Made by a program: the position numbers and the translations under genes
Part shown: piece after piece, positions 62,982 to 64,000 of the stretch
Numbering within the stretch: the stretch's first letter is position 1
Layout: each line of letters begins with the position of its first letter
Origin: Deltaproteobacteria bacterium
GTDB taxonomy: Bacteria; Desulfobacterota; Syntrophia; Syntrophales; UBA2185
NCBI GenBank assembly: GCA_026388545.1
Contig: JAPLJS010000046.1
Span: 23,396-87,395 of the forward strand
Direction: 5' to 3'
DNA: 64,000 nucleotides
Notes under the pieces: generated by a model
Told to the model about the DNA's origin: nothing
Seen by the model: the letters and a program-made list of their open reading frames with translations, nothing else
Databases searched by the model: none

Positions 62982-64000
62982 CTATTTGGAGTTTCTTATT
63001 CGCTCGTTATCAATTATTTTTTTTGTAGTCAAATCGGTTACTGATTCAGGGTGCTCAGAAAACGGGATTGTAAGATGGTAAACTCCAGATTCAACGATAG
63101 CCTGGATTGGATAGCCCAATTTTTCATAGACTTTCATCATGGCCTTGTTGTCGGCAAGGACGTCAGCGGTAAAGCCTTTAATGCTCTGTTCGCGTGCAGA
63201 AGTAATAAGCATGTCGAGGATGAACTTCGCAATGCCTCTTCCCTGATATTTTTCGTCAACGACGAAGGCGGTGTCGGCAAAGGGACGATCCTGGAGGAGA
63301 ACATAACGTCCCTCTGCAATGAGGCGCTCAATTCCTCCTTCCCTGATAAGACCGACTATGGACATACGGCGTCTGTAATCCACATTGACATATTCCTGCA
63401 TTTTGACATGGGGCATGACTTTTATGGGAGTGAAATAGCGGTAAAAAACCGCTTTATCGGAAAATCTATAGAATAACCTGCGCATTTCCTCTTCATCTGA
63501 AGGCTTTATTGCACGGAAGTGGACGCTCAGTCCATCCTTGAAAATGTGGGTGCAGGCAATCCTGTCCGGATAGAGCTGTCCCGATTCTTCTAAATAGATC
63601 TGATCAGGGTAGAGTATATTCGCCGCTATGGCCTTCCGGACAAGCTCGGCTCGGTCGTCGGGATGAGAAATTTCGATCAATGCCTGTGCTCGTTCACGTA
63701 CTGTTCTGCCGAACATGGATGCAATGCCGTACTCCGTGATAATCAGATCTAAGGATTCACGATTTGTGAACTGGTTCGGGAAATCATCTGCAGAAAGGAG
63801 GATGTTAGACTCTCCCTGCAGATTCCGGCTTGGAAGGGCGAAGATTGTCCTTCCGCCACGCGAGTGTTCCGCGCCTGCGAAGAACTCCTGGGCTTGGCCC
63901 GGTCCCGGCGTTACATTACCTTTACCAATGGGAAGGGCAATGCCTCCCGTAAGGTCAACTTTTCTTGCAGGAAGAATGGCAATCATCTTGTTATTCAAGC
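62982..64000 (-). CDS. Second CoA-transferase/Pat-type GNAT fusion, C-terminal part; N-terminus lies beyond the window
   Basis: VDLTG, IITEYG, RERAQALIEISHPDDR; FRAIKPSDEEEMRRLFYRFS, KYQGRGIA, VLADNKAM. Confidence 0.88.
   Translation of the reverse strand, partial: LNNKMIAILPARKVDLTGGIALPIGKGNVTPGPGQAQEFFAGAEHSRGGRTIFALPSRNLQGESNILLSADDFPNQFTNRESLDLIITEYGIASMFGRTVRERAQALIEISHPDDRAELVRKAIAANILYPDQIYLEESGQLYPDRIACTHIFKDGLSVHFRAIKPSDEEEMRRLFYRFSDKAVFYRYFTPIKVMPHVKMQEYVNVDYRRRMSIVGLIREGGIERLIAEGRYVLLQDRPFADTAFVVDEKYQGRGIAKFILDMLITSAREQSIKGFTADVLADNKAMMKVYEKLGYPIQAIVESGVYHLTIPFSEHPESVTDLTTKKIIDNERIRNSK

Overview
Gene-dense bacterial chromosome segment. Gene content, gene order and repeat families point to an anaerobic Desulfobacterota (deltaproteobacterial, Syntrophales-like) organism; this assignment is an inference. 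The middle (~18.5-50.1 kb) is mostly housekeeping: secA, argJ, rpsB-tsf-pyrH-frr-uppS-cdsA-dxr-rseP-tsaB, psd-pssA-asd-rsmD-coaD, purF, ispG-proS-rel, rph-rdgB and tRNA-Pro. The left ~18 kb is more varied. It holds lepA and adk, an FmdB-type zinc-ribbon protein whose TGA looks like selenocysteine (CxxC..CxxU plus a SECIS-like hairpin), and a YgiQ radical SAM gene bracketed by a ~120-bp direct repeat. It also holds a Tat-exported metallo-beta-lactamase-fold gene with a structured leader, an aminotransferase with one in-frame TAG, an IS4-like MITE that rewrote the ligA C-terminus, and an 8.2-kb signalling cassette (Ser/Thr pseudokinase-AAA-GAF-HK-REC-Hpt plus two paralogous response regulators). 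The right ~12 kb carries two CoA-transferase/Pat-type GNAT fusions, a stand-alone BioD/DRTGG (Pta N-terminal) protein, a CoA-type Nudix hydrolase, HAD and alpha/beta hydrolases and tRNA-Met, a candidate acyl-CoA sensing and protein-acylation locus. I found no CRISPR array, rRNA, integrase or intact transposase. All calls come from reading motifs by eye; no database search was run.
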